Below are positions 20,893-24,000 of a stretch of DNA of 24,000 bases, piece by piece; position 1 is the first letter of the stretch, and each line of letters begins with the position of its first letter. This stretch comes from an uncultured Fusibacter sp. (GTDB lineage Bacteria; Bacillota; Clostridia; Peptostreptococcales; Acidaminobacteraceae), in contig CAZFST010000012.1 of the NCBI GenBank assembly GCA_964522015.1, positions 17,605 through 41,604 on the forward strand, given 5' to 3'. The translations under genes were made by a program, and so were the position numbers. The notes below the pieces were generated by a model. The model was not told the origin of the DNA. It made no database searches and saw only the letters and a list, made by a program, of their open reading frames with translations.

Positions 20893-23493
20893 ATGCAAAC
20901 ACTGCAACTTAAAGAGGGTATTACATGGATTGGTTCTTTGGATCCGGATTTACGCATTTTTGATATCGTTATGGAGACTGAGTTTGGAACAACCTATAAC
21001 TCTTACGTCGTTAAAGGCAGCGAAAAAACTGCAATTTTCGAAACTGTCAAAGTTAAATGCTTTGATGAATATTTAGAAAAACTACGTTCAATTGTTGAAC
21101 TTGATAAAATTGACTATATTGTCGTCAACCATACTGAGCCAGACCATGCAGGCTCTATTGAAAAGCTACTTGATTATGCACCACAGGCTAAAGTGCTTGG
21201 TTCTGCTGCTGCAATTAAGTTTCTGCAAGCCATCGCTAATCGTGATTTCAACTACGATATCGTGGATTATGATAAAACCATTAGCCTAGGCGATAAAACC
21301 ATGCGTTTTATCTCTGCCCCCTTCCTTCATTGGCCAGACTCTATATACACGTATATAGAAGAAGATCAAACATTGATTACCTGTGATAGTTTTGGTTCTC
21401 ACTACTCATTTGATAAAGTTTTATTCTCCCAAATGTCTGCCGATGAACACTCAGACTATAAAAAAGCCCTTCTTTATTACTACACCATGATTATGGGCCC
21501 TTTCAAACCCCATGTCTTGTCTGCCATTGATAAAATTGAAGATTTAAACTTTGATTTAATCTGTCCAGGCCATGGTCCAGTTCTTGATCAAAATCCAAGA
21601 CAAATTGTGGATATCTATAAAGCTTGGTCAACTGAGTTCAATCCAAACACTAAAAAAACAGTTGTCATTCCTTATGTAGCTGCCTATGGTTACACAGAGC
21701 AAATGGCACGGGAAATTGCAAAGGGTATTCAAGAAGCTGGGGACATTGATGTTAAGCTTTACGATATGGTGTATGCCGATAAAGCAGAAGTCATGTCAGA
21801 AATCAGATGGGCCGATGGTGTTCTCTTCGGTACACCAACCATCAATGGCGATGCCTTACCACCTATTTGGGATCTCGTCATGGCCATGTCTCCAATTGTT
21901 CATGGTCGTAAGTTAGCGGCAGCTTTTGGCTCTTATGGTTGGTCAGGTGAAGGGGTGCCAAATATTGATGCCCGCCTAAAATCATTAAGAATGAAAATGT
22001 TTGCACCAGGCCTTCGTGTGAATTTTAAACCTTCTGAAGATGAGTTAAAAACCGCCTACGAGTATGGTTATGGTTTTGGTGAAAAGCTTGAAGGCAAAGA
22101 ATCGCAAATGAGCTTCACACTTGGGATGGATGGGGACGAAAAGCGCATGGACGTCACAGGCGAACCACAGTTCTGGCGTTGTGTAGTCTGTAACGAAGTC
22201 TTTGAAGGCATTGAGCCACCAGATATCTGCCCAGCTTGCGGTGCCAATCACGAGCAATTTGAAGTTTACGAAGTTGAAGAAAACACATTCGAATCCACAT
22301 CAAGTGTTGATATCGTCATCATCGGTGGCTCTGCAGCTGGTGTATCAGCAGCAGAAGCAGCCCGCCTAAGAAATGGCGAGGCCACCATTGAAATCATCAG
22401 CGGTGAGAAGCATCTTGCTTACTACCGACCCATGTTATCGGACTATTTGAATGATTCCCATCACGAGAATATGTTCTATTTACACGATGAAGCTTGGTAC
22501 CAAGAAAACAAAATCATCACAACCCTTGGAGTCATGGTTACCATGATTGATACGGAGAATAAGACTTTACAACTGTCCAATGGCAACACACGCCAATACG
22601 ACAAGTTAATTTTGGCCAATGGCTCACAAAATATGGCACCACCAGTGACGGACATCAAAAAAACTGGGGTCTTTACCTTAAAAGGAATTGATGATGCAGA
22701 TGGGATTAAAGCCTATGCAAAAAAATGTAAGCGCTGCATTGTCATTGGAGCTGGTCTACTTGGACTTGAAGCAGCATGGGAACTTAAGAATTTAGGACTG
22801 GACATCATTGTTCTCGAAAGAGAAAATCGAGCACTGCCAAGACAATTAGATCAAGATGCCTCTTCAATCTTTGAAGCGGGTATTGACGCTTCTGGTGTTG
22901 AGTTCTACAAAAATGTTGCAGCTGCTGCGATTGTAGGTAAAGAGCGAGTTGAAGGGGTCCAATTGTCAGACGGAGAGTTTATCCCATGCGATATGGTTAT
23001 CTACTCAACTGGTGTGAAACCTTGTATTGATCTATTTGATAACACTGGGATTATTACAAATCGTGGTGTCGTGGTCGATGGTCATATGAAAACAAATGCG
23101 GAAGATGTATTTGCTTGCGGCGATGTGGCCGAATACAACGGAGTGGTTTATGGCATCTGGCCAGCTGCGGTGGATCAAGGAAAAATTGCCGGGGCCAATG
23201 CAGTGGGTGATCAAATCGAATTCAAACCAACCATACCTGCCAACGTCTTCAATGGCATGCATATGAAAGTCTTCTCAATCGGCGATATCGGTAGAGACGA
23301 CCACCATAGCTACAAAGAAGTTGGCGATATCCAAGAAAAACATGGGATCTACAAGAAAATGTACTTCACCAATAATCACTTTGTCGGTGGCATTTTAATT
23401 GGGGATGTGAACAAATCACTGACCATGATTCGTGGAGTTGCAAAACAAGCAGAACTAAAAGAAATGGTTGAAGAGATCATTTTAAAAGGCTAG
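20893..23493 (+). CDS. Multidomain flavodiiron protein: metallo-beta-lactamase-like diiron domain, flavodoxin, rubredoxin and NAD(P)H:rubredoxin oxidoreductase
   Basis: It has the HTEPDH diiron motif, a flavodoxin module (VVIPYVAAYGYTEQMA), a rubredoxin module (CVVCNE...CPACGA), then the FAD/NAD Rossmann motifs VIIGGSAAGVSAA and VIGAGLLGLEAA. AAGGAGG lies upstream. Confidence 0.92.
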   Translation: MQTLQLKEGITWIGSLDPDLRIFDIVMETEFGTTYNSYVVKGSEKTAIFETVKVKCFDEYLEKLRSIVELDKIDYIVVNHTEPDHAGSIEKLLDYAPQAKVLGSAAAIKFLQAIANRDFNYDIVDYDKTISLGDKTMRFISAPFLHWPDSIYTYIEEDQTLITCDSFGSHYSFDKVLFSQMSADEHSDYKKALLYYYTMIMGPFKPHVLSAIDKIEDLNFDLICPGHGPVLDQNPRQIVDIYKAWSTEFNPNTKKTVVIPYVAAYGYTEQMAREIAKGIQEAGDIDVKLYDMVYADKAEVMSEIRWADGVLFGTPTINGDALPPIWDLVMAMSPIVHGRKLAAAFGSYGWSGEGVPNIDARLKSLRMKMFAPGLRVNFKPSEDELKTAYEYGYGFGEKLEGKESQMSFTLGMDGDEKRMDVTGEPQFWRCVVCNEVFEGIEPPDICPACGANHEQFEVYEVEENTFESTSSVDIVIIGGSAAGVSAAEAARLRNGEATIEIISGEKHLAYYRPMLSDYLNDSHHENMFYLHDEAWYQENKIITTLGVMVTMIDTENKTLQLSNGNTRQYDKLILANGSQNMAPPVTDIKKTGVFTLKGIDDADGIKAYAKKCKRCIVIGAGLLGLEAAWELKNLGLDIIVLERENRALPRQLDQDASSIFEAGIDASGVEFYKNVAAAAIVGKERVEGVQLSDGEFIPCDMVIYSTGVKPCIDLFDNTGIITNRGVVVDGHMKTNAEDVFACGDVAEYNGVVYGIWPAAVDQGKIAGANAVGDQIEFKPTIPANVFNGMHMKVFSIGDIGRDDHHSYKEVGDIQEKHGIYKKMYFTNNHFVGGILIGDVNKSLTMIRGVAKQAELKEMVEEIILKG

Positions 23494-23552
23494 TCTTTTA
23501 ACCAATGCTTGATATGAATGTTTAAAATGAGACATAAGATCAAGATAACCAC

Positions 23553-23588
23553 AAAAAGAACCAGAGGGAGGCCCTCTGGTTCTTTTTC
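23553..23588. terminator. Bidirectional rho-independent terminator shared by the flavodiiron gene and csoR
   Basis: AAAAAGAACCAGAGGG-AGG-CCCTCTGGTTCTTTTT forms a perfect 12-bp stem flanked by an A-run and a T-run. Confidence 0.85.
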
Positions 23589-23631
23589 TATGGTTTTTCT
23601 ATGGTCTTTCTAAAGCTTATTATGCTTAAAA

Positions 23632-23898
23632 TTACTTTGAATAACTTAGCAGGGTTTTAATCACCTTTTCCATTTGTTCTCGGTTTGTAACCTTGCCATC
23701 GTCATCGGAAAGCATGCAGTGCATGGCATGTTCTTCCATGATAACAATACCAACTTTATGGATACTGGATTTGATGGCTGCAATTTGCAGTAAAACCTCA
23801 TCGCAGGACTTTTCTTCTTCAATCATCTTTTCAATCCCTGCGATATGCCCCTTGATGGTTCGAAGTCGATTGATAATCTTTTGTTTAGCTGGTTCCAT
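23632..23898 (-). CDS. csoR: CsoR/RcnR-family metal-sensing repressor (Cu-type C-H-C ligand pattern)
   Basis: 88 aa. INRLRTIKGHIAGIEKMIEE is typical of the family. C32, H57 and C61 have the same spacing as the CsoR Cu(I) ligands. GGAGG lies 8 nt upstream. Confidence 0.85.
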   Translation of the reverse strand: MEPAKQKIINRLRTIKGHIAGIEKMIEEEKSCDEVLLQIAAIKSSIHKVGIVIMEEHAMHCMLSDDDGKVTNREQMEKVIKTLLSYSK

Positions 23899-23901
23899 AA
23901 C

Positions 23902-24000
23902 TTATTCCTCCGTTGATTGGGCTTTTTCTATGAGTCCTATTAAGCGATCTTTGTCAATCAGTCCAACATGATATTCTGATACGATGCCATCTGGCTGAAC
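23902..24000 (-). CDS. 3' end of an unidentified ORF (partial, enters from the right edge)
   Basis: The open reverse frame ...VQPDGIVSEYHVGLIDKDRLIGLIEKAQSTEE* ends at the TAA at 23902-23904, just upstream of csoR. The tail vaguely resembles the C-terminus of thioredoxin-fold proteins, but I cannot support a function. Confidence 0.3.
   Translation of the reverse strand, partial: VQPDGIVSEYHVGLIDKDRLIGLIEKAQSTEE

Noticed and set aside
20876-21076. A 66-aa plus-strand ORF starting 17 nt before the flavodiiron ATG
   Set aside because: It is out of frame with, and nested in, the 866-aa gene, which has the proper AAGGAGG spacing. This ORF's ATG lies before the SD.

Overview
The window appears to come from a low-GC Gram-positive strict anaerobe. 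This is inferred from GGAGG-type ribosome-binding sites, AT-rich intergenic regions and anaerobe-type oxygen-detoxification genes. Bases 1 to about 15950 are entirely minus-strand and form an accessory island: a thiopeptide/pyritide-class RiPP biosynthetic gene cluster. It holds two tandem 62-aa precursor genes with a Ser/Cys/Gly-only core, an ABC exporter, a split LanB-type dehydratase (large N-terminal protein plus a SpaB_C-fold protein) and a ThiF-like/YcaO cyclodehydratase pair. It also holds two SagB-type dehydrogenases, a second SpaB_C-fold protein (candidate pyridine synthase) and an extra E1-like protein. An agr-type quorum-sensing module is split across both ends of the cluster. AgrB and an unannotated 36-aa ORF (candidate autoinducer propeptide) lie at the right end. 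A LytTR response regulator and a truncated membrane kinase lie at the left end. The agr unit and the precursor operon share the same promoter geometry, including an identical CTTACATTT box. The right third (16.0-24.0 kb) looks like core genome. It encodes an HD hydrolase, an M20 peptidase, rubrerythrin, ferritin, desulfoferrodoxin, a Fur-family (PerR-like) regulator and two tandem rubredoxins, one of them missing from the ORF track. It also encodes an 866-aa four-module flavodiiron protein, CsoR and a partial ORF, with palindromic Fur-family operators in the divergent promoter region. I saw no rRNA, tRNA, CRISPR array, transposase or integrase. All family assignments come from motifs read by eye plus gene context; no database search was possible.
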